Both the position numbers and the translations under genes were made by a program. From positions 1-61,034 of the forward strand of contig CAYGGG010000002.1 in NCBI GenBank assembly GCA_964349455.1: a DNA stretch of 61,034 nt, read 5' to 3'. This document shows, in pieces, positions 26,988 through 37,265 of this stretch. Source of the stretch: an uncultured Muribaculaceae bacterium. Its GTDB lineage: Bacteria; Bacillota_I; Bacilli_A; RF39; UBA660. The number at the start of each line of letters is the position of its first letter. The stretch's first letter is position 1. The notes beneath the pieces are model-generated. The model was not told where the DNA came from. It searched no databases and saw only the letters and a program-made list of their open reading frames with translations.

Positions 26988-29900
26988 ATGAAAATAAATA
27001 AAAAATATTTAGTAATTATTAGTATATTTTTAATTATGATTTTTCTTAGCCCCATAATTGGTTTTAGTTGGACGGGTCCAATTGATGATTGGATTAGACC
27101 TCCTGGTGATAAAAGATTAACTGGAACAAAGTATGGTCTTAATGATAAATCAAACGCAATTCGAATTTATGTTGTTAAACAAACGGGAAACAATGTAAAA
27201 GTGGTTTCAGCGGTTAAAGATTTTCGTTCGTCAGTTGTTTCTAAGGAAGGACATATTACCCATTATTCGGTTTCTGCTAATGGTTTGGGGACGAGAATTA
27301 ATGGTGATAGTCGGTTGGTGAGCGATGGTAATTACAAGAAATATGTTGAAACAAAGTCATCATATTTTGACAAGGCGCTACCAAAAGTTTTTGTTGATGG
27401 TGGAACACAGGATGTGAAAAAGTTTATTATCGATTTATATGCTGATGAGGGAAATTGTAAACCAAATTGTTTGTCTGAATTTTTAATTAATGTGTTAGGT
27501 GGAATGGATGCTACAACCAAAAGTGATTTTCGTAATTTGAATAATTTTAGTAGTTATTTTATTATCGTCGAACCAGTGCATTATTATTGGCGGATAAGTG
27601 GTGCTCCTGATGCAATTGCTTTTTCTTCAACTGATGGAGCTTTGTATTATAATAATTTTGGAACGGCTTTGTCAGATGTTCGAACAAGAATTTATAATAT
27701 GGCGCCGTTGGCAATTATGAATGTTGATATTCATCAACAATTAAGTGTATTAGATCGAGTGACAATGCCACCATTAAAGCCAGCAATTTATGATCCAGAT
27801 GTTTGTTATTCAGCTTGCTTTTATACAAAAGATGAAATGATTGGTCGTTCTGGATATGGAATTGGATATTTTTATATGAATGACTTTGTTGAAAAAATTC
27901 CACCAGATGACACACCAAAAACTTGTCAAACAATGATTAACCAGTTTCCAAATGCAACTGAATATTGGAAATTTGTTGAAGAATATTTAAATAAAACAAG
28001 TGAACGTTATCAAGGAGATAAATTTAATTGTTGTACTGATTTTGATAATTATATTAAGTCAATTGAAAAAACGAAACCAGAGTCGAAAATTATTATTTCC
28101 TATAAAACAGACTATGAGTTGTATTGCAAATCAAATGTGACACCACCAACGCCAATCCCAGAAGATCCAGATGGAAAAGAATGTCGTTATTCGGTAGCGG
28201 TTTCTTGTCCAGATTGTACCGAAAATCAATCGGGTATAATTAAGGATATTGATGATTGGGATTGTATTTTTGCTAGTGATAAGGTGGCATCGGTTCCGTT
28301 TAAAAATCATTATAATTCAAACCTCAATAATCGTTATTGTAAGGTTTATTGTCGTGAAGAAATGGGCTATGTGTATCCGAAAGAAACATTTACGGTTTAT
28401 GCTGGGTCGCATTTTACCATGGGAGATTTTCCGAGTGATTCATCAACGCTAGTACCAAATTGGGGAAGTGTTGCTTTTCAGGGAACAGCCAATTGTCGTC
28501 CTTCGACTGATCGGGATTTGAAAACTGATAAATTAGCGGGTGATCATGATTACTTAAATATTGATCATGTTCTATTTGCAAAAGATTGGAAAGAATTAAA
28601 TCAAAAATTAGGTGATGCTTGGGATAAGTATCAAGTTGCTGTTTTACAAGATTGGGCAAAAAGTAATGCAAAATTTGATGGGAAAACGTGTGGTTTAGTT
28701 TTTGATGATAGTTATTCAAATAAAGATGGCTGTGTTAACGAGGAAAAAATGTACAAGTGTCCACAAGGGGTACCGGTTGATCGAGGAACTGATCCAAGAA
28801 ATACGGAGTTTAAATGTACCTATACAACCGATGCTAAAGAGGTGTCTGGCCGATATGAATGTTTAAGTGGCGTTTTGGAAGGTTCTTTGTGTCGCCATCA
28901 AGTTGATGCAATATATTCGCATTATCGTTGTTTGGGGACTAGTAATGCTAAGTATGAAAAAGTTAAAACACCAAAGTATGAATATGCGAAAGCAAATATT
29001 AGAGGAAATGAAAGTAGTGGTTCATTTAGTTGGTGTACTGGGCGAAATGATGTAACTTATAGTTGGGAAGATGATTACGGTTCTGCTGGTTATCATCGGC
29101 GGTATGTTATTGATAGTCAGGTAACTAGTTTACGAACTTCAACTGAGTTATATCGTAATGCGGCAAGCACTTTACCTAGTAATTTAATTACTTCACCAAC
29201 GGTTGAAGATAGTAAAAAATTATATGATGATTATTATAATCAGTTGGAAAATCGCTTGCTTCAAATAAGAGCTTGCCAAAGTTTTGAATATAGTTATGAT
29301 CATCTTAGTCCAAAGATGCTAGTTGGATATAAAGATTATAAATATCCAGAACCAAAGGAATTTGAATTAGATTTGGTTGTTACTGAACAAAAAGACACAG
29401 ATTACTTGTTAAAAGGAAAAAAGGTTGATTATTCGACTGCAGATATTGATCGATTTGTTTGTGCTACACCAATTAGTCCAGGGCGGACGGAAAGTTTATT
29501 GATGGTTGGAAGGGCTTTTAATTGTCCGGTTGAAAAGCAAGAGTATCCTAATAATGATTCCTTTTATCATACAAAAGACCGAGTGATTAATTATGAGTTA
29601 AATAAAGATGTTTATCGATATGTTGTAAAACATAGCGAAAAGGGGAAGTTCACGTTTGACTCGGTTTCTTATCATCAAAAACCAAGTAGTGGTAATTTTA
29701 TTGATATTGGTTATGGTAATTTTCCAATTCATTATTATCAAGGGGAAAATTATCCAAGTACAAGTACGGTTTGGTTGCGGCTAGCAAATAGTCCTAGTGA
29801 AAGTTTTGGGTTCAATAATCGGTTTGATAAATTTGTTTTCGGAATGTACAAACCAGCGTTTGTTGATTCTGAATGCATGCGTTATGAGTGTGATTATAAT

Positions 29901-30326
29901 ATTAAATATCGAATTATTCCCCCTGATGATGGTGGACCTACTGAAACAATCGATATTTTGGTTAAATTTAGACCAATTGATCTTGTTGAACCATTCCCTG
30001 GGAATGATGGTTTGGGTAGGATGCCAGGGTGGAATTGGCAAGGTGACCATGTAATTGAGAGTGTGATTGTTAATAATCGTGGTGTTAGTGGAAGTCGGGT
30101 CTATTTTGATGTCGACCCAATGTATACAATTAATTTAAATTTTAGTAATATTTTTGAGATTAGGGGTTATAATAGAGGTAGAGACTATTTTGATTTTAAT
30201 TTAAATTGTCGAACGGGGCTCACTAGCGAAGGAAGACATCGCGAGTGTCAAAGTAGTTTTGTCGATCAATTTGTAACAAGAAATAGTTGTTTGCTTAATT
30301 CATGGGATGGTTGTCATAATTTATAA
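26988..30326 (+). CDS. Giant Cys-rich secreted protein, paralog A (1112 aa), unknown family
   Basis: AGGAGG RBS. N-terminal signal/anchor LVIISIFLIMIFLSPIIG. No LPXTG motif or C-terminal TM. Collinear with 30338-33925. Confidence 0.7.
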   Translation: MKINKKYLVIISIFLIMIFLSPIIGFSWTGPIDDWIRPPGDKRLTGTKYGLNDKSNAIRIYVVKQTGNNVKVVSAVKDFRSSVVSKEGHITHYSVSANGLGTRINGDSRLVSDGNYKKYVETKSSYFDKALPKVFVDGGTQDVKKFIIDLYADEGNCKPNCLSEFLINVLGGMDATTKSDFRNLNNFSSYFIIVEPVHYYWRISGAPDAIAFSSTDGALYYNNFGTALSDVRTRIYNMAPLAIMNVDIHQQLSVLDRVTMPPLKPAIYDPDVCYSACFYTKDEMIGRSGYGIGYFYMNDFVEKIPPDDTPKTCQTMINQFPNATEYWKFVEEYLNKTSERYQGDKFNCCTDFDNYIKSIEKTKPESKIIISYKTDYELYCKSNVTPPTPIPEDPDGKECRYSVAVSCPDCTENQSGIIKDIDDWDCIFASDKVASVPFKNHYNSNLNNRYCKVYCREEMGYVYPKETFTVYAGSHFTMGDFPSDSSTLVPNWGSVAFQGTANCRPSTDRDLKTDKLAGDHDYLNIDHVLFAKDWKELNQKLGDAWDKYQVAVLQDWAKSNAKFDGKTCGLVFDDSYSNKDGCVNEEKMYKCPQGVPVDRGTDPRNTEFKCTYTTDAKEVSGRYECLSGVLEGSLCRHQVDAIYSHYRCLGTSNAKYEKVKTPKYEYAKANIRGNESSGSFSWCTGRNDVTYSWEDDYGSAGYHRRYVIDSQVTSLRTSTELYRNAASTLPSNLITSPTVEDSKKLYDDYYNQLENRLLQIRACQSFEYSYDHLSPKMLVGYKDYKYPEPKEFELDLVVTEQKDTDYLLKGKKVDYSTADIDRFVCATPISPGRTESLLMVGRAFNCPVEKQEYPNNDSFYHTKDRVINYELNKDVYRYVVKHSEKGKFTFDSVSYHQKPSSGNFIDIGYGNFPIHYYQGENYPSTSTVWLRLANSPSESFGFNNRFDKFVFGMYKPAFVDSECMRYECDYNIKYRIIPPDDGGPTETIDILVKFRPIDLVEPFPGNDGLGRMPGWNWQGDHVIESVIVNNRGVSGSRVYFDVDPMYTINLNFSNIFEIRGYNRGRDYFDFNLNCRTGLTSEGRHRECQSSFVDQFVTRNSCLLNSWDGCHNL

Positions 30327-30337
30327 AGGAGGCTTTT

Positions 30338-33300
30338 ATGAAAAAATTTAGCAGAATTATATTAGGAGTTTTTGTTTTAACAATTGGGATATTGTTGTTT
30401 CAAGAAACAATTTTTGCTGGATGGCAGGGCTCAATTGGTGGTACAGGTGGAAATCAAGGAGGAAGTGGGACAACCGCTAATGTTTATATTACAAATAGTG
30501 GTGCACATGCAATGAGAGTGTATATGGTTAAACAAGTCGGCGGCAGTGTAACAGTTGTTTCTAATGTAAAAGATTTTCGAAAACAAGATGGGTGGCAGTA
30601 TAAGACGGTTTTAAATTATTCTACTTCAGGTAACGGCCTTGGGACGAGATTTGGCAGTAATTTGGTAAAAAACAATTCGGGATATAATGCCCACGTTGTT
30701 ACAAAATCTTCTCAGGAGGGAGTTCCGCTTCCCACCTTATATGTAGAGGGGGCAGGACAGGCAGTTCGTAATTTTTTCTTGGCGTTGAATCGTAATCAAA
30801 CTAATTGTAGTCCAAATTGCTTACATAAATTTTTAGTTGAAACACTGGGTGTTAATAGTGAATTGAAAGGTATTTTGGAAAAACAAGGAGATGTTAGTAA
30901 TTATTTTATTGTGGTTGAACCAGTTCATTATTTTTGGAAAAATCCAAGTGGTAATGCAATTGCCTTTTCTTCAACTGATGGTGCTAAATTTTATAAAGAT
31001 TTTGTAAGTGGCGGAATACATAATGTGCAATCGCGAATTTTTAATCATTCCCCGTTGACACTTGTCAATTTAAATTCGAAGCCTTTAAATGCATTATCGG
31101 CAGCTGGGACACCATTAAAACCATGGTGTAGCAATGCAGCTGTTTGTTATAGTAATCGAAGTCAGTATTTTTATACCTCGGCTCAAATGATGGGTAGTTC
31201 TGGATTGGGAATTGGTTATTTATGGGCGAAGGAAACTGATTTGGGTAAGGAATGCGATCCTAAGGATCCAAAAAATCCGTGTGAGGATGATGACGAAGAT
31301 ATTCCTAAAACTTGTGCTTCAATGATGTCAAACATTTCTGATTATAAAGCATATTGGGATTTTGTTAGATGGGGTTTGAATAAAACGGATAAGGATTATA
31401 AGATGAATTGTTGTAGTGATTTTAAAAATTATATTGAAAGGCAAAAAGCAACTAATCCTACTTCTCTAATTTTATCAGCACATCAAGTTGATTATGAGTT
31501 GTATTGTGAAAGTCCGACAACAACAGTCCCGCCACCAACACCAAAAGATCCGCAATGTGCGTATTCGGTTCTGGTTTCATGTCCAGAATGTACTGAGATT
31601 CAATCTGGTGCGATTAAGGATATTGATAATTGGGATTGTATTTTTTTAAGTGATCGTTCGCCAAATGTGCCTGTTCAATTTAGAAATCATTATATTCAAG
31701 CATCGATTGGTGATAATCGTTATTGTAAGGTATATTGTCGTGAAGAAATGGGCTATGTTTTTCCAGAGGAAACATTTACGGTTAAGGCAGGACTTCATTT
31801 TACAATGGGAAGTACTTCTGTTGATACACCATTTGGAATTCCAAACTGGGGGAATGCTGCTTTTCAAGGAACCGCAAATTGTATGCCAGATATAAAGAGA
31901 GATAAGAAAATAGAGCCTTTAGCTGGAATTGATCGAACTAAGACAGGTGATCATGATGATTTACATATTGACCACGTGAAATTTACACATGATTGGAAGG
32001 ATGTTAATATTCGTTTGGGGACGGCTTGGGATAAATGGCAAGTTGGTGTTTTACAAGATTGGACTAAGAATAATGCCCAATATGCCGGACGGGATTCATC
32101 ATGTGGATTGGTTTTTAATGATAGTGAGTCAAGAGCAGCAGGCTGTGTTGATGAAAATAAAATATATTCATGTAGTTATGGGAAACCGAAAGATGGCTCA
32201 TCCAATAATAGTCGAAAAACTATATTTGAATGTCGCCATGTAGTACCCGCTACCGCGCATTATACGTGTTCTTCAGGAACTTTCAATGGGGTCGATTGTG
32301 ATACACAATGCACAAGAATGATTGATTGTTATAATTCTGTCACTAAAAAATGGGAGAAGTGTCCTCAAAATTATAGTTGTTCTGTTGCGGCAACATTTTC
32401 TCATTACACTTGTGATGAACCACAATATGATAAACCATTACCAGGGGATTCTTCTCAATGTTATTATGATTTTACCTCAGATTCAACTAGATGGCAGTGT
32501 AACAGTACAAGCGGTGCATATTATCAAAGAGTGAGAACTCCTTCATATAATTATAATAATCCAAATATACGAGGAAATGAAAGTAGTGGGTCGTATAATT
32601 GGTGTACAATAAGGAGCGATGTTAATTATGATTGGACTAACGATCCGAATACAGCAAGTGGATTTACTCGTCGCTTTGTTTCAAATACTCAGGTGAGTAG
32701 TTTATCGTCTAATACAAATTTATATGATCCCGCTCCAAATACAGCAAGAAGACCGGCAACGAGACCATCTGTTAATTCGTTGCGAAATGCCTATGATGTA
32801 ATTTATCGTGAACGGGAAGGTTATTTGCAACAAATAAGAGCTTGTCAAAATTATGATTATAACTATAATCATTTAAATCCGCAAATGCGAATGGGGTATA
32901 ATGATTTTAAATATCCGTTACCGCCTGATGTTGATTATGCATTAGAATCAAAAATAACCGAAACTTCAGAAATTGATTATCTGGTAAAAGGACAATATGT
33001 CAGTAGTTCATCAGATGTGATTGATCGATTTTCGTGTAATCCACCAACTACACCAGCGACTACTACTAGTTGGCAAACTGTTGGGACGGCTGTTAAATGT
33101 CCAATTACAAAACAAGATTATCCAGATAATGATGCTTTCTTCTATACTAAAGATCGAGTTATTAATTATGAGTTAAATCAAAATATTCATCGTTTTGTTA
33201 TTAAACATAGTGAAAAAGGAAATTTTACTGATGATTCGGTTTCGGTTCACAGAAGACCTGCAACCGGAAATTATATTGACATTGGATATCCAAATTTACC

Positions 33301-33925
33301 GGTTCATTATTTTCAGGGAGACCATTATCCTGATACTAGTCAAGTATGGATTAGATTAGTCGATGTACCAAGCCCTAGTTTAGGTTCAAATAATAGATTT
33401 GACAAGTTTATTTTTGGGCAATATAAACCAGCAACCATTAATGCAAGAGAATGTATGCGTTATGAATGTGACTATAATATTACCTATCGGTTTATTCCGC
33501 CTGATGATGGTAATCCTAATCCGGGAGGTCCTAATCCAGGAGACCCAACAGGGGTTATTGATATATTAGTTAAATTTCGACCAATCGATTTAGGAGATCC
33601 TTTTCCAGGTCATTCAGGGACAGGGCGAACGCCAGGATGGAATTGGAATTCAGACAATGTTATTACGCAAGTTATTAGTAATAATCGAGGGGTAACGGAA
33701 GATAGACTTTATCGCGACCGAAATCCGATGTATACGATTGATTTAAGATTTAATGCAATTTCAGCAATTCGTTCATATAATAGGAATCGTGATTATAATG
33801 ATTTTACGCTTACTTGCCGAACCGGATTAACTGGTAATAGTCGGCATCGTGAATGTCGAAGTACATTTGTAAATCAGTTTGTAAAAAGAGATTCATGTTT
33901 AAGCACTTGGAACGGTTGTCATTGA
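30338..33925 (+). CDS. Giant Cys-rich secreted protein, paralog B (1195 aa), unknown family
   Basis: AGGAGG RBS and signal/anchor IILGVFVLTIGILLF. Blocks shared with paralog A include VEPVHY, AIAFSSTDGA, YCKVYCREEMGYV, FQGTANC, NIRGNESSGS, LQIRACQ, TKDRVINYELN, ECMRYECDYNI and IDILVKFRPIDL. Confidence 0.7.
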   Translation: MKKFSRIILGVFVLTIGILLFQETIFAGWQGSIGGTGGNQGGSGTTANVYITNSGAHAMRVYMVKQVGGSVTVVSNVKDFRKQDGWQYKTVLNYSTSGNGLGTRFGSNLVKNNSGYNAHVVTKSSQEGVPLPTLYVEGAGQAVRNFFLALNRNQTNCSPNCLHKFLVETLGVNSELKGILEKQGDVSNYFIVVEPVHYFWKNPSGNAIAFSSTDGAKFYKDFVSGGIHNVQSRIFNHSPLTLVNLNSKPLNALSAAGTPLKPWCSNAAVCYSNRSQYFYTSAQMMGSSGLGIGYLWAKETDLGKECDPKDPKNPCEDDDEDIPKTCASMMSNISDYKAYWDFVRWGLNKTDKDYKMNCCSDFKNYIERQKATNPTSLILSAHQVDYELYCESPTTTVPPPTPKDPQCAYSVLVSCPECTEIQSGAIKDIDNWDCIFLSDRSPNVPVQFRNHYIQASIGDNRYCKVYCREEMGYVFPEETFTVKAGLHFTMGSTSVDTPFGIPNWGNAAFQGTANCMPDIKRDKKIEPLAGIDRTKTGDHDDLHIDHVKFTHDWKDVNIRLGTAWDKWQVGVLQDWTKNNAQYAGRDSSCGLVFNDSESRAAGCVDENKIYSCSYGKPKDGSSNNSRKTIFECRHVVPATAHYTCSSGTFNGVDCDTQCTRMIDCYNSVTKKWEKCPQNYSCSVAATFSHYTCDEPQYDKPLPGDSSQCYYDFTSDSTRWQCNSTSGAYYQRVRTPSYNYNNPNIRGNESSGSYNWCTIRSDVNYDWTNDPNTASGFTRRFVSNTQVSSLSSNTNLYDPAPNTARRPATRPSVNSLRNAYDVIYREREGYLQQIRACQNYDYNYNHLNPQMRMGYNDFKYPLPPDVDYALESKITETSEIDYLVKGQYVSSSSDVIDRFSCNPPTTPATTTSWQTVGTAVKCPITKQDYPDNDAFFYTKDRVINYELNQNIHRFVIKHSEKGNFTDDSVSVHRRPATGNYIDIGYPNLPVHYFQGDHYPDTSQVWIRLVDVPSPSLGSNNRFDKFIFGQYKPATINARECMRYECDYNITYRFIPPDDGNPNPGGPNPGDPTGVIDILVKFRPIDLGDPFPGHSGTGRTPGWNWNSDNVITQVISNNRGVTEDRLYRDRNPMYTIDLRFNAISAIRSYNRNRDYNDFTLTCRTGLTGNSRHRECRSTFVNQFVKRDSCLSTWNGCH

Positions 33926-33945
33926 GAAAAAGGAGGGAATAGATT

Positions 33946-34359
33946 ATGAAAGAGTCGTTATGGGGGACATTTGTAATTATGTTTGGAATTACTGCTGTGT
34001 TTTTTGTCTTATTGTTTCAAAGAATTGTTACAACGAGTGAACATAATTATCATATATTGAAGGAGGCTACTGAGGGTGCGATGTACGATGCACTTGATTA
34101 TGCTGAATATCGTGCTTATGGAACAGTCCGAATCGATCGTGAAAAATTTGTTGAAAATTTTGTTCGCCGATTTGCTGAGAGCGCGTCATTAACTGATCGA
34201 TATTTTATTGAAATATATGATGTGTTCGAGGAACCACCAAAAGTAAGCATTCAAGTTTCCAGTGTTGAATCCGGAAACCCTGGAACGAATGAACGCTTTG
34301 AATTTAATATTGTGAATCGAATTGATGCAATATTAGAAACGATGTATGTTAATCCATAG
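33946..34359 (+). CDS. TadE/pseudopilin-like protein (N-terminal MKESLWG leader plus hydrophobic helix)
   Basis: MKESLWG-TFVIMFGITAVFFVLLF followed by a ~110-aa soluble domain. It shares the leader pattern with 38100, 38304 and 38774. Confidence 0.45.
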   Translation: MKESLWGTFVIMFGITAVFFVLLFQRIVTTSEHNYHILKEATEGAMYDALDYAEYRAYGTVRIDREKFVENFVRRFAESASLTDRYFIEIYDVFEEPPKVSIQVSSVESGNPGTNERFEFNIVNRIDAILETMYVNP

Positions 34360-34377
34360 TAAGAAAGGAATGAGAAA

Positions 34378-35247
34378 ATGAATGGTATAGTAAATGGTTT
34401 ACAAGGTTTTTTAAAAAACAAGAATATTGTTACAATTTTGGGCGTAATTGCAATTTTGGGTATTTTGTATTTTACTTATAATAATCAAATTGAGAAGCAG
34501 GTTCGTCCATATCGTAATATTCCGGTTGCAAGAGAGGCAATCCAGCCCGGGACAATGATCACTGATGAAATGATTGATTATGTTGATATATCACCAATTG
34601 TCTTTAATCATGGCCGTGTTGCTCGATTTTCAAACGAAGTTGTTGGGAAATATGCTGATTATAATACGGTAATTCCAGCAGGAAGCTTGTTTTATCTAGA
34701 TGTTTTAATTAGTGAAGAACAATTGCCTGATTCGGTATTTACCAAAGTTAAGGATGGCGATGTTGTAACAAGATTTGCGGTTACAACGGAAACAACATAT
34801 GGAAATTCAATTTTTCCGGGAAATAGAATTGATATTTATATGAAAGTAATTGTGCCTAGTACAAGAACAATAATGGTTGGAAAATTATTAGAAAATATTA
34901 CAATTATTGCCGTAAAAGATAATAGCGGTAAAGATGTATTTGTTAGTAGAGAAGATGAGTCACAATCAGCAATGTTAATTTTTGGATTAGACCCAATTTT
35001 ACATAATCTTTTGTTGAAGGCGAGTTATATGCGAGATTTCGAAGTGGAATTAATTCCGGTACCACATGGTGGAACAGTTGAGAATACTGGTGGAACGCAA
35101 ATAAAATCAGAAGCATTGAAATTGTTGATTGAAGCAAACTCTGAACCAAATGAAGAGTTATTTAGTGATCAAGATATTGTGGTTGACGATTTAATAATTG
35201 AAGATGAAAATATTGATTTAGAGGATTTAATAGACGGAGTTGAGTAA
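34378..35247 (+). CDS. CpaB/RcpC-like SAF-domain pilus assembly protein
   Basis: An N-terminal TM (IVTILGVIAILGILYF) is followed by the SAF-like IPVAREAIQPGTMITDEMI...VVGKYA...IPAGSLF. The C-terminal tail is acidic. Confidence 0.55.
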   Translation: MNGIVNGLQGFLKNKNIVTILGVIAILGILYFTYNNQIEKQVRPYRNIPVAREAIQPGTMITDEMIDYVDISPIVFNHGRVARFSNEVVGKYADYNTVIPAGSLFYLDVLISEEQLPDSVFTKVKDGDVVTRFAVTTETTYGNSIFPGNRIDIYMKVIVPSTRTIMVGKLLENITIIAVKDNSGKDVFVSREDESQSAMLIFGLDPILHNLLLKASYMRDFEVELIPVPHGGTVENTGGTQIKSEALKLLIEANSEPNEELFSDQDIVVDDLIIEDENIDLEDLIDGVE

Positions 35248-35249
35248 AA

Positions 35250-36347
35250 ATGAATGACAACATGTTTGCCCAAATTGATTTTGGCGCGTTAAAACCTTAT
35301 TTGGAAAGCGATGACATAACGGATATATCATATAGTAATGGTGGTCAGATATGGCTTAAAACACTTTCTAAAGGGATTTTTCGAGTTGAAAATCCAAGTA
35401 TTGATGATACTTTTATTGAAAAAGTCGCTTTCCAGTGTTCAAACGTGATGGGAAAGACCTTCAATATGGCTCATCCTTTTCTTGATGCAGAAGGAGCAGA
35501 GTTACGTTTAAACTTTGTTCATCGCTCAATTGCAACAAATGGTGTAGCGGTTGTTTTTAGAAAGACACCAGCTAAAATTAGATTGCAAAAAGATAAAATA
35601 TTAGAAGAACAATATATTACAATTGACATTCTTGATTTTTTAATAAAGTGTGTTGAAGGACATTGTAATATTATTGTTTGTGGTGAAACTGGTTCTGGTA
35701 AAACCGAACTTGTCAAGTATTTAGCGTCGCATACAAAAGAAAACGAAAAGATAATTACGATTGAGGATACTTTAGAATTACATTTAGATCGAATTTTTCC
35801 AATGCGCGATATTGTCGCAATGAAAACAAATAATATTGCTTCGTATACTGATGTGTTGGTTACTTGTATGCGCCAAAATCCAAGATGGATTTTATTATCA
35901 GAGGTTCGTAGTGCGGAAGCGGTAATGGCGGTTCGAAATTCAATTTCATCGGGTCATTATATTTTATCAACAATTCATGCCGAAAAAGCAGCTTCTATTC
36001 CAAACCGAATGTATAGTTTGCTTGAATCTAATCAAGATATTGAACAATTTTTAAAATCAATATATCGTTATATTCAATTAGGGGTTTATGTTCGTGGTTT
36101 TCAAGACAAAGAAACCAAAAAGTTTAGACGTGAGGTTGCTGAAGTAACCGAGTTTTATGTTACTGATGATAATGAAGCTAAATATAATATAATTTATAAA
36201 AAAATGGCAACCGGTAATGTTGTGCGAAGAAAACCAAGTAAGTATTTATTTGAATATCTTGAAATACAAGGTGTTAGTTTGGAAGAAGATGCGATTAAAC
36301 CATCGGGTGAAACCGAAAAAGAGGAAAAAGTTGAAGTTTTAATATAA
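35250..36347 (+). CDS. TadA/CpaF/VirB11-superfamily secretion ATPase (T2SSE)
   Basis: Walker A VCGETGSGKTE (~35681-35708), IITIEDTLEL, Walker B/Arg RQNPRWILLSEVR and His box ILSTIHA. Confidence 0.85.
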   Translation: MNDNMFAQIDFGALKPYLESDDITDISYSNGGQIWLKTLSKGIFRVENPSIDDTFIEKVAFQCSNVMGKTFNMAHPFLDAEGAELRLNFVHRSIATNGVAVVFRKTPAKIRLQKDKILEEQYITIDILDFLIKCVEGHCNIIVCGETGSGKTELVKYLASHTKENEKIITIEDTLELHLDRIFPMRDIVAMKTNNIASYTDVLVTCMRQNPRWILLSEVRSAEAVMAVRNSISSGHYILSTIHAEKAASIPNRMYSLLESNQDIEQFLKSIYRYIQLGVYVRGFQDKETKKFRREVAEVTEFYVTDDNEAKYNIIYKKMATGNVVRRKPSKYLFEYLEIQGVSLEEDAIKPSGETEKEEKVEVLI

Positions 36348-36359
36348 AGGAGGCGAAAT

Positions 36360-37265
36360 ATGGGAACATTAGCAGCATTTTTATTGATTAGTGTTTTATT
36401 TGTTTTTTTGGTAGCCTATCGAAAAAACACTGGCGATAGTGTTTACAAATATATTTCAGGACAGGTTGTTGGTGTGTATGAAAAATATGCCCCCTATTCT
36501 TTTCAATCAGTTAGAGAAAAAGTAAAAGGATTGGGTCAGGAATATTCATCAAGGCAGTATGCAATGCAGTTTTCTATTTTTGCAATTGCCGCGTTTGCAA
36601 TATCATATTTATATTTTTACAGCGTAATTACATCTTTAATTTATGCGTTGTTAGCAATTATGGTAATACCATATTTAACTTATTTAAGATGTAAGCGTAT
36701 TTATAGTGAGTTTTTGTTTGAACAAATTCAAGTATATACGACTAACGTTATTATGGAATTTGCCACAACTCAAGCGTTTGTTAAAGCACTAGAAGGGGTC
36801 TATGAATCAGGTGTTTTAGAAGACCCAGTTAAAGGTGATGTAAAGATAATGATTGACATGGCCTATGAAAGCGGAACGATTGAGGGAGCGCTTGATTATA
36901 TGAATAGTAGATATGATTATTTTGTTGTAAAAAATATGCATCAATTATTTTTACAAATTACAAATGAAGGTTCGAAAGATTCTGGGGATGCTTTAGAAAA
37001 TATGTCGTTAGATATTGATATGTTAGTCGAGAATGTTTATCGTGACCGAATGGATCGTTCGAGTTTTCACAAAAAGTTTTTACAATTTGGAATTATTTTA
37101 TATTTAATGGTAATGATGGTTCAATTTTTGTTAGGAATTGAGTCATACATTAAATTGTTAAATAGTGGCTGGGTGCAGCTGTTGATTCATGGTGTGGTAG
37201 CCATTAATACTTATTTTTTGTTGAATGGTGAAAAATATTATAATGAGAATGTAGGTGCAGAATAA
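36360..37265 (+). CDS. TadB-like inner-membrane platform protein (T2SSF-like)
   Basis: Topology is TM, cytoplasmic helical domain (...VKALEGVYESG...IEGALDYMNSRY...DSGDALENMSLDID...), then C-terminal TMs. It lies directly after the ATPase. Confidence 0.5.
   Translation: MGTLAAFLLISVLFVFLVAYRKNTGDSVYKYISGQVVGVYEKYAPYSFQSVREKVKGLGQEYSSRQYAMQFSIFAIAAFAISYLYFYSVITSLIYALLAIMVIPYLTYLRCKRIYSEFLFEQIQVYTTNVIMEFATTQAFVKALEGVYESGVLEDPVKGDVKIMIDMAYESGTIEGALDYMNSRYDYFVVKNMHQLFLQITNEGSKDSGDALENMSLDIDMLVENVYRDRMDRSSFHKKFLQFGIILYLMVMMVQFLLGIESYIKLLNSGWVQLLIHGVVAINTYFLLNGEKYYNENVGAE

Noticed and set aside
35250-36347. Calling the 365-aa ATPase a VirB11 of the T4SS rather than TadA/CpaF.
   Set aside because: The motifs do not discriminate between the two. 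However, it is flanked by a SAF/CpaB-like protein, two T2SSF-like platform proteins and pilin/pseudopilin-like genes, and FATA-type T4SSs normally lack VirB11. It is kept as TadA/CpaF/VirB11 superfamily, with the Tad interpretation favoured.
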